Assembly (NCBI GenBank): GCA_947085205.1
Contig: CAMTVO010000014.1
Coordinates: 58,835-122,834 of the forward strand
Reading direction: 5' to 3'
Length of the DNA: 64,000 bases
From: an uncultured Nitrospiraceae bacterium
GTDB lineage: Bacteria; Nitrospirota; Thermodesulfovibrionia; Thermodesulfovibrionales; Dissulfurispiraceae
The notes below the pieces were generated by a model. The model worked only from the letters and a program-made list of their open reading frames with translations. It was not told the origin of the DNA and did not search any database. The translations under genes were made by a program, and so were the position numbers. Every line of letters begins with the position of its first letter. Positions within the stretch are counted from its first letter, which is position 1. This document shows positions 9,565 through 19,076 of the stretch, one piece after another.

Positions 9565-10383
9565 TTATCCCACTCTCAGCGCCTTTTTCAAAAAGAACTG
9601 TATATTGCCCTTTACTTCATCGAGCGGGTTATCGAGCACTTTTTTGGCTATGGCTGCAAGTTTTTTTGTAAAGTTGCTGTTCGGATACATGGCTATAAAG
9701 CCTTTCTGAGCGATAATCGCATCCTTTACATGCTGGTCAAAGGGCAGATAGCCGAGATAATCTATGGAAAGATTCAGGAACTTATCCGCCACTATTGCCA
9801 GTTTTCTGAAGGTGTCGAAAGCCTCTTTCTCGGAGCGCGCCGTATTTACGAGAATCCTGAAATGTCTTTCGCTGAAATCCCGTGAAAGCACCTTTATCAA
9901 GGCATAGGCGTCCGCTATGGATGTAGGCTCCGGCGTTACGATAACTATCGTCTCCTGAGCGGCGCTGCAAAAGAACAGCACATTGTCGGATATGCCTGCG
10001 CCGGTGTCGATGAGAAATATATCGAAAGACATATCGAAGTCATCCAGCTCCGAAACGAGCTTAAGCCTGTGCCTGTCCGTTAGATTCGTAAGCTCCCTGA
10101 TGCCTGAGCTTGCCGGAAGAATCATTATCCCCAACGGCCCTGTAACGATAATATCCTTTATCCTCTTTTCTCCTAACAGCACATGCTTTAGATTGTATTT
10201 AGGCGCTATCCCGAATAAAACATCTATATTGCTCAGCCCGAGGTCTGCATCGAGTATAAGCACCCTTTTGTTAAGGCTTGCATAGAAGAGAGCGAGATTG
10301 GCGACAAAGTTCGTCTTTCCGACTCCTCCTTTTCCGCTCGAGACTGCTATTATTCTGGGACCTCCATTATTGTTAATAGTCAT
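9565..10383 (-). CDS. flhG: MinD-like flagellar number regulator FlhG/FleN
   Basis: SSGKGGVGKT, DADLGLSN, IDTGAGIS, TPEPTSIADAY. Confidence 0.93.
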   Translation of the reverse strand: MTINNNGGPRIIAVSSGKGGVGKTNFVANLALFYASLNKRVLILDADLGLSNIDVLFGIAPKYNLKHVLLGEKRIKDIIVTGPLGIMILPASSGIRELTNLTDRHRLKLVSELDDFDMSFDIFLIDTGAGISDNVLFFCSAAQETIVIVTPEPTSIADAYALIKVLSRDFSERHFRILVNTARSEKEAFDTFRKLAIVADKFLNLSIDYLGYLPFDQHVKDAIIAQKGFIAMYPNSNFTKKLAAIAKKVLDNPLDEVKGNIQFFLKKALRVG

Positions 10384-11426
10384 TAAACACCTCCGACTAT
10401 AATGCCTGCAAGAAATTCGGGTGTAGGAATCCTTATGTCATCAGGGACATCCGGGCCTGTGGCTACAAAGGAAAGCGGACGGCTTGTAAGAAGTGAAAGA
10501 TTATAAAGGCTTCCAAACTGCGTAGCCATATCCAGCTTTGTAAAGCCTATCGAGTCAATCATATCGGAATTGCAGCTCTGCCATGCCTTAAGGGCAGCAT
10601 GTGTATCCATAGAGGCATCCATCAGGAAGCATTTCTTTACGGGGAAGCCTGACGGGAATATCTCTTTTATGTCTTTTAGTATCTCCTTGTATTCGTAGCC
10701 CGGCGTATCAATAAGTATAGGCCCTCTACCCATCTCCCTGTACACAATCTTAGGCAAATCGCTTACCTTTCTTATAACTTTCAAAGGAGACTTCAACTGC
10801 TTCGAGAGCTCCTTCATATATGCTATGGAGCCTATCCTGTTGTCATCGAGAGAAATGAGATTCACATTCTTCTTCTTCGATGTGAGCAAATGGGCTACCT
10901 TTGACATTGTTGTAGTTTTACCCACGCCGGGAGGGCCGAAGAATATAATTCCGCTTTCCTCTGCCGGCAGCATTCCCTGTATCTTCAGGTCATTCTTGAT
11001 AACACCCTTTAGGCTGTCCAGAGAATCCTGAGCCCTTTCGAGCAAGATTATGGCGAATTGCATATCAACGCCCTGCTTTATAAGAAGGTTGAATAAGCCC
11101 TTTTTATCCTTTCCAACCCTGAGGCTCGGCACTATGGGTTTTAATGTCTCTTTGAGAAAACCCATCTCATCCCTGAGTCCTCTTATCTCTTTCAGTATCT
11201 CCTCAAACTCAAAAGATACGGTCTTAGCAGCGGTAGATATGTTTGTTGATACATCTCCGGATTCATCGATGGCGGCAGTTACCTCAACAGCATCCTTGTT
11301 GACTATGCCGAACAGCCCTGTCTTAACAGACTTGCTCGAAAGAATTATCGCATCGGGTCCGAGTTCCTTTTTCACCGTCTCAAGGGCTTCCTTAAAGCTC
11401 TTGCCGACAAATTTCTTAATCTTCAT
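10383..11426 (-). CDS. flhF: SRP-family GTPase FlhF
   Basis: MKIKKF...ELGPDAIILS, GPPGVGKTTT, DTPG, TKLD. Confidence 0.93.
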   Translation of the reverse strand: MKIKKFVGKSFKEALETVKKELGPDAIILSSKSVKTGLFGIVNKDAVEVTAAIDESGDVSTNISTAAKTVSFEFEEILKEIRGLRDEMGFLKETLKPIVPSLRVGKDKKGLFNLLIKQGVDMQFAIILLERAQDSLDSLKGVIKNDLKIQGMLPAEESGIIFFGPPGVGKTTTMSKVAHLLTSKKKNVNLISLDDNRIGSIAYMKELSKQLKSPLKVIRKVSDLPKIVYREMGRGPILIDTPGYEYKEILKDIKEIFPSGFPVKKCFLMDASMDTHAALKAWQSCNSDMIDSIGFTKLDMATQFGSLYNLSLLTSRPLSFVATGPDVPDDIRIPTPEFLAGIIVGGV

Positions 11427-11459
11427 TTAGCCGCCCTCCTTGAACAATTTTTAAACAAT

Positions 11460-13505
11460 CTATTCAACCTTCACCGTTCCTATGGAATAGACCTTTGTAT
11501 TCGGCGCTATCTCTCCATGAGAGACAACCATAATGCTGTTGGAAACGCGCTCTGTCAGTTTTTTCACGAATCTCCTTATCGCAGGAGAACATATAAGCAC
11601 AGGCTGATACCCTTTCATAACGCCCTCTTCAAAATTCTTCCTTATGCCATCGATGACTTTTTCTGTTGTAACCGGATCGAGAGCAAGATACGAGCCCTGC
11701 GGCGTGGTCTGCACCGCTTCAATGATCAGCCTCTCCGTCCTCGGGTCTATCAGCATCACGGATATAGAGCCGTCGGGATTCTGTATCTGTTTTGTTATGC
11801 TCCTGGCCAACGACTGCCGCACATACTCGGTAAGAAAATCCGGGTCTTTTGTGATACTCGCATAATCGGATAATGTCTCAAGAATTGTCTGGAGGTCTCT
11901 TATACAGACCCTTTCCCTCAGCAGGTTCTGCAGCGCCTTCTGTACAGCGCTTAAATTCAGCAATCCAGGAATCAAATCTTCCACTACCTTCGGATGCGTC
12001 TTTGAGAGGTTATCGAGCAATTTCTGGGCATCCTGCTTACCTAACAGCTCATGCGCATGATTTCTTATAACCTCAGTAAGATGAGTTGTAATAACAGACG
12101 GGACATCCACGACAGTGTAGCCCGCAAGCTGCGCCCTGTCCATATCCCTCTCATCTATCCATAAGGCAGGCAGCCCGAAGGTCGGGTCTTTAGTCGGCAA
12201 TCCTTCTATTTTAGTCTTCTCGGCTCCTGAAGAAATAGCAAGATACTTATTGACCATTACCTCAGCGGATGATACCTCTATACCTTTTATGAGGATGGAG
12301 TATTGCATCGGCTTCAAAGACAAATTGTCTTTTATATGAACAGGAGGCACTATAAATCCCATCTCGGTCACTATCTGCTTTCTTATTGCCTTAATCCTCG
12401 CCAAAAGCGGGCCTCTTTCTTCCACAAGAGGAATAAGTCCGTAGCCGATTTCTAAAGAGAGCGGATCAAGGGGCAATAATGACTCAAGGGTTTCAGCAGG
12501 CCTTGCCTCCTCAACCGGTGCAGGAGCAGCCTCCTCCTCTTTCTTGGCTGCCTTGCTTAAGAAATAAGCGCCTGTACCGGTAATAGCGGCAAGCGTCAGG
12601 AAAGACAGATGCGGCAGTCCCGGAATAAGACCGAAAAAGGCGAGTATGCCTGCTGTTGTTCCCATCACCTTTGGATTCACAAATAACTGCTTAACCGCCT
12701 CAGCGCCTAAATTTGCCTCTGATGCCGCGCGTGTCACAACAAGACCTGCTGCCGTTGATGTAACAAGGGCAGGTATCTGGGCAACGAGTCCGTCGCCCAC
12801 TGTAAGTATTGTATAGGTCTTTGCAGCCTCGGCTATTGGCATACCCTTTTGCAGGACTCCGATAAGAAAACCGCCTATGATATTGATGACCATTATGACT
12901 ATCCCTGCTATGGCATCGCCCCTCACAAATTTGCTCGCACCGTCCATTGCTCCGTAAAAGTCGGCCTCCCTGCTTATCTCCTGCCTCCTCCTCCTCGCCT
13001 CCGACTCATCCACCAGTCCTGCATTTAGGTCTGCGTCTATGCTCATCTGTTTGCCCGGCATTGCATCGAGCGTAAACCTTGCCGAAACCTCTGCAATCCT
13101 TCCGGCGCCTTTTGTTATGACTATGAAATTAATCAGAATCAGTATTGAAAATATTATAAAGCCGACCACAAAATTACCGCCGACAACAAATTCACCGAAG
13201 GACTTGATGACCTTTCCTGCTGCCTCGGTGCCTTCGTGTCCCCTCATGAGTATCAGCCTTGTGGATGCTATGTTCAGAGAAAGCCTGAGGAGTGTCGCTA
13301 TCAAAATAATAGAAGGGAACACAGAAAAATCGAGGGGTTTATAGATATAGGCAGAGACAAGAATTATCACAATAGCGAGTGTAATGCTGAAAGACAGCGA
13401 CAGGTCGAGCAGTATTGGCGGAATAGGTATTATCATTAATCCGAGTATTAATACAACGCCCAATGCAAGCACAAAGTCGCTATGTCTCAAAAGCCTGTCA
13501 AGCAT
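11460..13505 (-). CDS. flhA: Flagellar export protein FlhA
   Basis: RIAEVSARFTLDAMPGKQMSIDADL, FYGAMDGASKFVRGDAIAG. Confidence 0.98.
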   Translation of the reverse strand: MLDRLLRHSDFVLALGVVLILGLMIIPIPPILLDLSLSFSITLAIVIILVSAYIYKPLDFSVFPSIILIATLLRLSLNIASTRLILMRGHEGTEAAGKVIKSFGEFVVGGNFVVGFIIFSILILINFIVITKGAGRIAEVSARFTLDAMPGKQMSIDADLNAGLVDESEARRRRQEISREADFYGAMDGASKFVRGDAIAGIVIMVINIIGGFLIGVLQKGMPIAEAAKTYTILTVGDGLVAQIPALVTSTAAGLVVTRAASEANLGAEAVKQLFVNPKVMGTTAGILAFFGLIPGLPHLSFLTLAAITGTGAYFLSKAAKKEEEAAPAPVEEARPAETLESLLPLDPLSLEIGYGLIPLVEERGPLLARIKAIRKQIVTEMGFIVPPVHIKDNLSLKPMQYSILIKGIEVSSAEVMVNKYLAISSGAEKTKIEGLPTKDPTFGLPALWIDERDMDRAQLAGYTVVDVPSVITTHLTEVIRNHAHELLGKQDAQKLLDNLSKTHPKVVEDLIPGLLNLSAVQKALQNLLRERVCIRDLQTILETLSDYASITKDPDFLTEYVRQSLARSITKQIQNPDGSISVMLIDPRTERLIIEAVQTTPQGSYLALDPVTTEKVIDGIRKNFEEGVMKGYQPVLICSPAIRRFVKKLTERVSNSIMVVSHGEIAPNTKVYSIGTVKVE

Positions 13506-13514
13506 AAATCTCTC

Positions 13515-14573
13515 CTAAACTCCTTTACTCTTTAACTTATACACATTTGCCAGTATGGTTGCCACTGCCCTGTAAAGCATTTCCGGAATCTCCTGACCTA
13601 TATTCAACTTAAACAATGTTCTTGCGAGAGGCTTGTCCTCAAATACAGGAACACCGCTCTTTTGCGCAATCTCCTTTATCTTTTCTGCAATAAGATTTGC
13701 GCCCTTTGCAACAATCGTGGGCGCGCCCATCTTAGGTGAATCGTATTTTAAGGCGACTGCAAAGTGCGTAGGGTTTGTTATAACCACATCCGCCTTTGGA
13801 ACCTCCTGCATCATCCTTTTCCTCGCCATCTCTTTCTGCAGGCTCTTTATCCTTGCCTTAACGATCGGGTTGCCTTCCACTTCTTTGTATTCTTCTTTTA
13901 TTTCTTGTTTGGTCATTCTCAGGTTCCGGTTATACTGCCATCTCTGATAAGCAAAATCCGCTACAGCAAAAACGGTCAGGACAACAGCCGAGATGAGCAG
14001 AAGCTTTCGTATCTGGTTAAATGAAAATCCGGTAATAGCCTGTATATCCATATCGACAAGGAGCGGCAGGTTCGCAAGCTCCTTTTTAATTAGCAGATAC
14101 AGTATCAGACCGAGGACAATAACCTTTAATACTCCTTTTAGGGCTTCAAAGACCGTATTAAGCGCGAAAAATCTCTTAATACCCTTGATTGGACTAATCT
14201 TTTTAAGATCCGGACTCAACGGCGCAGCAGATATTAAAAAGCCTGTCTGGAGGAAATGTACAATGGCAATGACCAGCAGCATAGTTCCCAGAAGAGGCGC
14301 CATCATTGCTACTACCTGAAAGGTATCGGCCTTGATTACATTTACAAAAGAAACCTCGTTCAATGAAATCTCAAATCCGCGCTTTAACGAAGCCCTCATG
14401 TAAGTCAGAAGTGTCGTGAACATAACACCGCCGAATGAGAAGTATAAAAAAACCACCCATAAAGGAACTATCCCGGTGAATTCCCTACTTCTCGGAATTT
14501 CGCCTTTTTCTCTTGCCTTCTGACGCTTTCGCGGCGTCGCTTGTTCCGTTTTCTCTTCAAACTGCTCAGGCAT
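13515..14573 (-). CDS. flhB: Flagellar export protein FlhB
   Basis: EKTEQATPRK; NPTH autocleavage motif. Confidence 0.97.
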   Translation of the reverse strand: MPEQFEEKTEQATPRKRQKAREKGEIPRSREFTGIVPLWVVFLYFSFGGVMFTTLLTYMRASLKRGFEISLNEVSFVNVIKADTFQVVAMMAPLLGTMLLVIAIVHFLQTGFLISAAPLSPDLKKISPIKGIKRFFALNTVFEALKGVLKVIVLGLILYLLIKKELANLPLLVDMDIQAITGFSFNQIRKLLLISAVVLTVFAVADFAYQRWQYNRNLRMTKQEIKEEYKEVEGNPIVKARIKSLQKEMARKRMMQEVPKADVVITNPTHFAVALKYDSPKMGAPTIVAKGANLIAEKIKEIAQKSGVPVFEDKPLARTLFKLNIGQEIPEMLYRAVATILANVYKLKSKGV

Positions 14574-14576
14574 CGG

Positions 14577-15326
14577 TTACCTCGCCAAGCCTATGGTAAA
14601 TACCATTATCGCGTCCTTCACATTTATAAAGGCCTTTGAAACAACCATTATTACAAGCGGCAATGACAATGCCATAAAAATAATCCCTCCGGCAATAAGC
14701 AGTGGAAAACTTATAAAGAATATGTTCGCCTGCGGCAATGCCCTCGAAAGAAAACCCAGCGCAAGATTAATCAGCGCCTGCACAAGGATTACCGGCGCCG
14801 CTATCTTAAAAGCAAGCGGGAAGAAAATGGAGTTGAGTTTTATAATCGAATCGAATATGCCGGTATACTGAATGCTTCCTATATCAAAGCTCCGCACAAT
14901 GCCATCGATAAAATAATGATGCATATCGAGGACAAAAAATATCCCCATTGCAAAAAGGCTGTAGAAAAGACTAAGAGGACCAAGCTGCTCTCCAAACATA
15001 GGATTGAAAACAGCAGCCATACCGAGTCCCATCGCCAAGCTCATCCACTGTGCGGCCATTTCGACAGCGCCGAGGATTATCCTCGCAGTCAAACCTATAG
15101 CGGAGCCTATATAAAAAGCCTCAAAGACAGACCTCACAGGATTATCCGTATTCACATTCACAACAGGCAAAAGAAGCAATGTAAGCGCAATTGCAAGAGC
15201 AGCCCTTACCATAACAGGCGTCATCCTTGCGCCGATAAAAGGGATAAATGAAAGCATAACAGCGATCCTTATGAATATCGGGATAAACTTTTCAGAATAT
15301 GTGGTTATCAGGTTATAAAGTTCCAT
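14577..15326 (-). CDS. fliR: Flagellar export protein FliR
   Basis: Polytopic membrane ORF, LSRALPQANIFFISFP, position between fliQ and flhB. Confidence 0.93.
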   Translation of the reverse strand: MELYNLITTYSEKFIPIFIRIAVMLSFIPFIGARMTPVMVRAALAIALTLLLLPVVNVNTDNPVRSVFEAFYIGSAIGLTARIILGAVEMAAQWMSLAMGLGMAAVFNPMFGEQLGPLSLFYSLFAMGIFFVLDMHHYFIDGIVRSFDIGSIQYTGIFDSIIKLNSIFFPLAFKIAAPVILVQALINLALGFLSRALPQANIFFISFPLLIAGGIIFMALSLPLVIMVVSKAFINVKDAIMVFTIGLAR

Positions 15327-15413
15327 ACCATTAGTTTATAGTTCATAGCTATCTTTATAGTGTTTATTTTTATCTTTACCATGAGCAATGAGCCATCAGC
15401 CATGAGCTATTAT

Positions 15414-15683
15414 TCACCTCACATACATCGGTATGTTCTCGAATATGCTCCTCGTAAATCCGACCAGCACCTTAACCATCCAGGGCAGCGCCACCAGCAG
15501 CGTCACAAAAACTGCTATTATCTTAGGCACAAAGGTCATAGTCATCTCCTGAAGCTGTGTGATTGCCTGAAAAATGCTTATCACCATTCCGACAATAAGG
15601 CTGACAAGCAATACAGGGCCTCCGACCAGCAGGATAGTCTCGAAGGTCTGCCTTGATACCTGATTTAATAATTCCATTGTCAT
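15414..15683 (-). CDS. fliQ: Flagellar export protein FliQ
   Basis: ISIFQAITQLQEMTMTFVPKI; ATG at 15683 overlaps the fliP stop (ATGA). Confidence 0.95.
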   Translation of the reverse strand: MTMELLNQVSRQTFETILLVGGPVLLVSLIVGMVISIFQAITQLQEMTMTFVPKIIAVFVTLLVALPWMVKVLVGFTRSIFENIPMYVR

Positions 15684-16774
15684 CTGACGAACCCTCCGAT
15701 AAGCGAACCTATCAATAAATCCCATCCGTCCACAAGTACGAACAGGAGCAATTTAAAGGGCATGGAAATCATAATGGGCGGAAGCATCATCATACCCATC
15801 GAAAGAAGGATACTCGCTACAATCATATCGATTACAAGAAATGGAAGAAAAATAAGAAAGCCTATTTCGAATGCCCTTTTCAGTTCTCCTATGGAGAATG
15901 CCGGAATAACAACCCTCATTGGAAGATCCATCGGTGTTGCAGGCCTCTCAAGCTTCGACATCCTTAAAAAAAGCGCAAGGTCTTTTTCCCTCGTCTGCTT
16001 CAGCATGAACTCCTTCAAGGGGACTCCGGCCCTGTTAAGCGCCTCCTCAGCATTTATCTGCTTTTTTGTATAAGGCTGGTAGGCATCGGTGTAGATTCTG
16101 TCTACAACCGGAGACATGATAAAAAGGGTAATAAAAAGCGACAGGCCTATTATTACCTGTGTGGGAGGAACCTGCGGTGTTCCGAGCGCCTGCCTAAGAA
16201 ACGAGAGCACAACCACTATCCTTGTAAAACATGTAGTCATAACAAGAATTGCAGGCAGTATGGAAATCAGCGTAAGAAACAAAAGGAGTTCGAGCGGAGT
16301 CGTTAATCCCAAAAAGCTGCCGCCCGCAGGCGGAGGCGGAGCAGGAGCGGCAAAAGAGAAAGAAGGCAATAGGCAATAGGCGATAGGCAGAAAAGTAACG
16401 AGTAACGAGTACCGGGTAACGAGTTTTTTCAAATTTTGAATCTTTGATTTAAAATCTTTTATTCCTGACTCCTGACTCCTGACTCCTAACTCTTGCTTTA
16501 AAGCTTCTTCCACGTCCGATGGGTTAGGCTTGCTGAGAAGGGATATGCTTTCATCCGCAACGCCCAATACAAGATATTCTTTTAAGACCTTGACTATTGC
16601 AACTCCCTTTTTAGGACCAAAAGGCTGGTATTGAATAATTTCTATCATTCCCTTTTGGGGTAATATCCTCTGTTTCAAAAATCTCAGAAGCAGATACAGA
16701 CCCCCTAAAACTATCAAAAGTGCAAGTGTAACTTTTATTAATTCAATGCCCAAGTTTTCCTCCCAATACTCCAT
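15680..16774 (-). CDS. fliP: FliO-FliP fusion protein
   Basis: N-terminal FliO-like part (TM, then IEIIQYQPFGPKKGVAIVKVLKEYLVLGV); C-terminal FliP (TCFTRIVVVLSFLRQALG, ELKRAFEIGFLIFLPF, MGMMMLPP); one open frame. Confidence 0.9.
   Translation of the reverse strand: MEYWEENLGIELIKVTLALLIVLGGLYLLLRFLKQRILPQKGMIEIIQYQPFGPKKGVAIVKVLKEYLVLGVADESISLLSKPNPSDVEEALKQELGVRSQESGIKDFKSKIQNLKKLVTRYSLLVTFLPIAYCLLPSFSFAAPAPPPPAGGSFLGLTTPLELLLFLTLISILPAILVMTTCFTRIVVVLSFLRQALGTPQVPPTQVIIGLSLFITLFIMSPVVDRIYTDAYQPYTKKQINAEEALNRAGVPLKEFMLKQTREKDLALFLRMSKLERPATPMDLPMRVVIPAFSIGELKRAFEIGFLIFLPFLVIDMIVASILLSMGMMMLPPIMISMPFKLLLFVLVDGWDLLIGSLIGGFVR
16364..16497. repeat. Compound heptamer tandem arrays inside fliO-fliP
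   Basis: AGGCAAT/AGGCGAT x3, AGTAACG-like x4, TTTTGAA-like units, TCCTGAC x3 plus TCCTAAC. Confidence 0.9.
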
Positions 16775-16784
16775 TGCTCCATCA

Positions 16785-17114
16785 CTATCTCAATTGCCTT
16801 ACTCTTTCTGTAGGGCTGACAATATCCGTAAGTCTTATGCCGAACTTCTCGTTTACAACAACAACCTCTCCCCTGCCTATAAGCCTGTCGTTAACATATA
16901 CCTCCATCGGCTCGCCGGCAAGTTTTTCAAGGGCGATAACAGATCCCTGTCCTAACTGGAGAAGTTCCTGAACTAAAATCTTCGTTCTGCCGATAACTAC
17001 TGTAAGCTCCAGAGGGACATCAAGGATAAAATTTATGTCCCTCTGCGCCACCTGAGGCGACTGCGATTCTCCCTGAAATTCCTGCACATCCAAATTTTTA
17101 ACCTCGTCTGCCAT
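16785..17114 (-). CDS. fliN: Motor switch protein FliN
   Basis: ILDVPLELTVVIGRT, GEVVVVNEKFGIRLTDI. Confidence 0.96.
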   Translation of the reverse strand: MADEVKNLDVQEFQGESQSPQVAQRDINFILDVPLELTVVIGRTKILVQELLQLGQGSVIALEKLAGEPMEVYVNDRLIGRGEVVVVNEKFGIRLTDIVSPTERVRQLR

Positions 17115-17202
17115 TTTATTCCTCCAATTTGGCTGTTAGCTCATTATTCATCGCTCATGGCTTAAAGTTTTTTATACTCTTTTTTTTGCTATGAGCTATG
17201 AG

Positions 17203-18165
17203 CTATGTTACCTTTGTTATTTTTAATGCATACGAGCCTTTATAAATGCCAAACCTGCCTTTAAACTTCGGCGTTTCCTCGGCAAGTATATCTATATCCT
17301 CATCCACCCTTTTATCGAGAGTTATTACATCACCGACTTTCAAATCGATTACATCCTGAACAGTAACCTTTGAGGCGCCGAGATTGCCTGTCAAGATGAG
17401 CGGAATCCCTCTCAGCCTTTCCTTCAGTCTCTCGAGCCATTTTATGTCCAACTCATCCCTGTCTGCGGAAAATGCGCTGTAAAGTTTTTCTTTAATAGGC
17501 TCTACAGTGCCGTATGGAATACAAAGAAACGCCCTGCACTGCTTGCCTTCTATTTCAAGCACAAATTCAACCTTTATCACGACATCAACCGGTGTCACGA
17601 TAGTCACGAACTGCGGGTTCATCTCAGAGCGTACATATGTAGGAACTATCGGATAGACAGGTTTCCATGCCTCTTCCATATCGCTGAAAAACATCATTAC
17701 GACCTTGTATATTATCTTCTGCTCTATGGGCGTAAACTCCCTTCCCTCAGGCTTGTAATAGCTTTTACCGGTACCGCCAAAGAAGAATTCGATAAGACTG
17801 AAAATCATCGGGGCATCAAACACCAGAAGACCGAATCCCCTAAGGGGCTCCATCTTGAATACATTAATGCTCGAAGGGAAAGGAACTCCACGCATAAAAT
17901 CATAGAATTTCGTGATACTGACATTCACATTCGTTACATCAACCATGCGCCTGACAGCGGCAGACAGGGAAAGGCGGAAATTCCTGGCAAGCCTTTCATT
18001 AGCGATGTCCAGCGAAGGCATCCTGCCCCTGACAATCTTTTCCTGTCCGGTAAAGTCATAGGGTTTTACGCCGGAGACCTCTTCTACTTTTTCTGTCTCT
18101 ACAGCGCCTTCAGATATGCCTTTTAGCAGCGCATCAACTTCTTCTTGCGAAAGGATATCTTCCAA
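17203..18165 (-). CDS. fliM: Motor switch protein FliM
   Basis: ILSQEEVDALL CheY-binding peptide, GREFTPIE, SEMNPQF; TTG start after GGAGG. Confidence 0.96.
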   Translation of the reverse strand: MEDILSQEEVDALLKGISEGAVETEKVEEVSGVKPYDFTGQEKIVRGRMPSLDIANERLARNFRLSLSAAVRRMVDVTNVNVSITKFYDFMRGVPFPSSINVFKMEPLRGFGLLVFDAPMIFSLIEFFFGGTGKSYYKPEGREFTPIEQKIIYKVVMMFFSDMEEAWKPVYPIVPTYVRSEMNPQFVTIVTPVDVVIKVEFVLEIEGKQCRAFLCIPYGTVEPIKEKLYSAFSADRDELDIKWLERLKERLRGIPLILTGNLGASKVTVQDVIDLKVGDVITLDKRVDEDIDILAEETPKFKGRFGIYKGSYALKITKVT

Positions 18166-18256
18166 TTAAACCTCCAAATCAGGCTATAGGCAAGAGGCCA
18201 TAGGCTATAGGGAGTGTTAAGAAATTCTCTTCTTGCCTATTGCCAATTGCCTGTTC

Positions 18257-18748
18257 TTACTGCATTACAAAGTCTGTAAGATAGACATTTTTTACAGAGC
18301 TTTCTCCCAGTATTTGGTTAATCCTTATATTTATCTCATCTTTAAGCTGCAGCTTGCCCTCAGGAGAAATAAGCGCATCAGATGTCTTAGCAGTAAGAAG
18401 CGTAATAATCGCATCCCTTATTTGAGGGCTCTTTGTCTTTGCCTTTTCCATAACCGCAGGTCCTGCAAGCTCAAGCTGCAAAGATAACTTTAAAAATCTT
18501 GTCCCTGCAGGGTCGCTGAGGTTGACAACAAACGGCTCAAGGGCAAATGTCACTCCCTCTTCAGCCTTTGCTGCTTCTTTTTTATCAGCTTTATCCCCGT
18601 ATTTTGTAAAAAAGAAGAACGCTCCTGCGCCGCCGGCAATCACAGCAACTGCAATAATGATAATCAGAATCAAATTCTTTCCCTTTTTCTTTTTAGTCTC
18701 CTGTCCCTCTTCTTCCCCTTCTAACATCTTTTCTTTTTCATCAATCAT
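18257..18748 (-). CDS. fliL: Flagellar basal body-associated protein FliL
   Basis: TM helix, LEPFVVNL, IRDAII, VYLTDFVMQ. Confidence 0.95.
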   Translation of the reverse strand: MIDEKEKMLEGEEEGQETKKKKGKNLILIIIIAVAVIAGGAGAFFFFTKYGDKADKKEAAKAEEGVTFALEPFVVNLSDPAGTRFLKLSLQLELAGPAVMEKAKTKSPQIRDAIITLLTAKTSDALISPEGKLQLKDEINIRINQILGESSVKNVYLTDFVMQ

Positions 18749-18774
18749 AGAAACCCTCCTGTAATTAGTTCGTA

Positions 18775-18806
18775 AACCCCGTTAGAAAAAAACTTTCTAA
18801 CGGGGT
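18775..18806. other. Hairpin in the fliL leader
   Basis: ACCCCGTTAGAAA...TTTCTAACGGGGT inverted repeat. Confidence 0.6.
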
Positions 18807-18835
18807 AAAAATAAATTGTGAACGGTGAACTACAT

Positions 18836-18852
18836 TTCAAAGAATGTGCCAA
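18836..18852 (-). promoter_or_regulatory. Sigma54 promoter upstream of fliL
   Basis: Minus strand TTGGCAC-ATTCT-TTGAA (-24 GG intact, -12 variant). Confidence 0.65.
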
Positions 18853-18892
18853 GAAATAACTATTTGAATTACAATCGATTTTAAAGAGATGG

Positions 18893-18906
18893 GTCAAAAA
18901 CTTGAC
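18893..18906. promoter_or_regulatory. Putative FleQ-type activator box
   Basis: GTCAAAAACTTGAC (GTCA-N6-TGAC); same motif at 35039 and 36076. Confidence 0.6.
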
Positions 18907-18942
18907 GGTTAGATGCCTATGTCAAGGCATCTAACCGTCAAG
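18901..18942. other. Perfect 18-bp-stem hairpin downstream of flgE (terminator-like, no clear U-tract)
   Basis: CTTGACGGTTAGATGCCT-atgtca-AGGCATCTAACCGTCAAG. Confidence 0.6.
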
Positions 18943-18993
18943 TTATCAACTATGAACAGTGAGTTCTAAATTAAATTTAACCTAAGGCAAAAA

Positions 18994-19027
18994 GACTGGA
19001 TTCCCCGATTAAATCGGGGAATGACAA
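18994..19027. repeat. TGTCATTCC-family palindromic element
   Basis: Minus strand TGTCATTCCCCGATTTAATCGGGGAATCCAGTC, resembling ATTCCC-N-GGGAAT REP-like repeats; relatives at 23958, 24033, 59743. Confidence 0.7.
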
Positions 19028-19076
19028 AGTATAAGAATCGCTCAATTTAGGTTTAAGCCATAAGCTATGAGCTATT

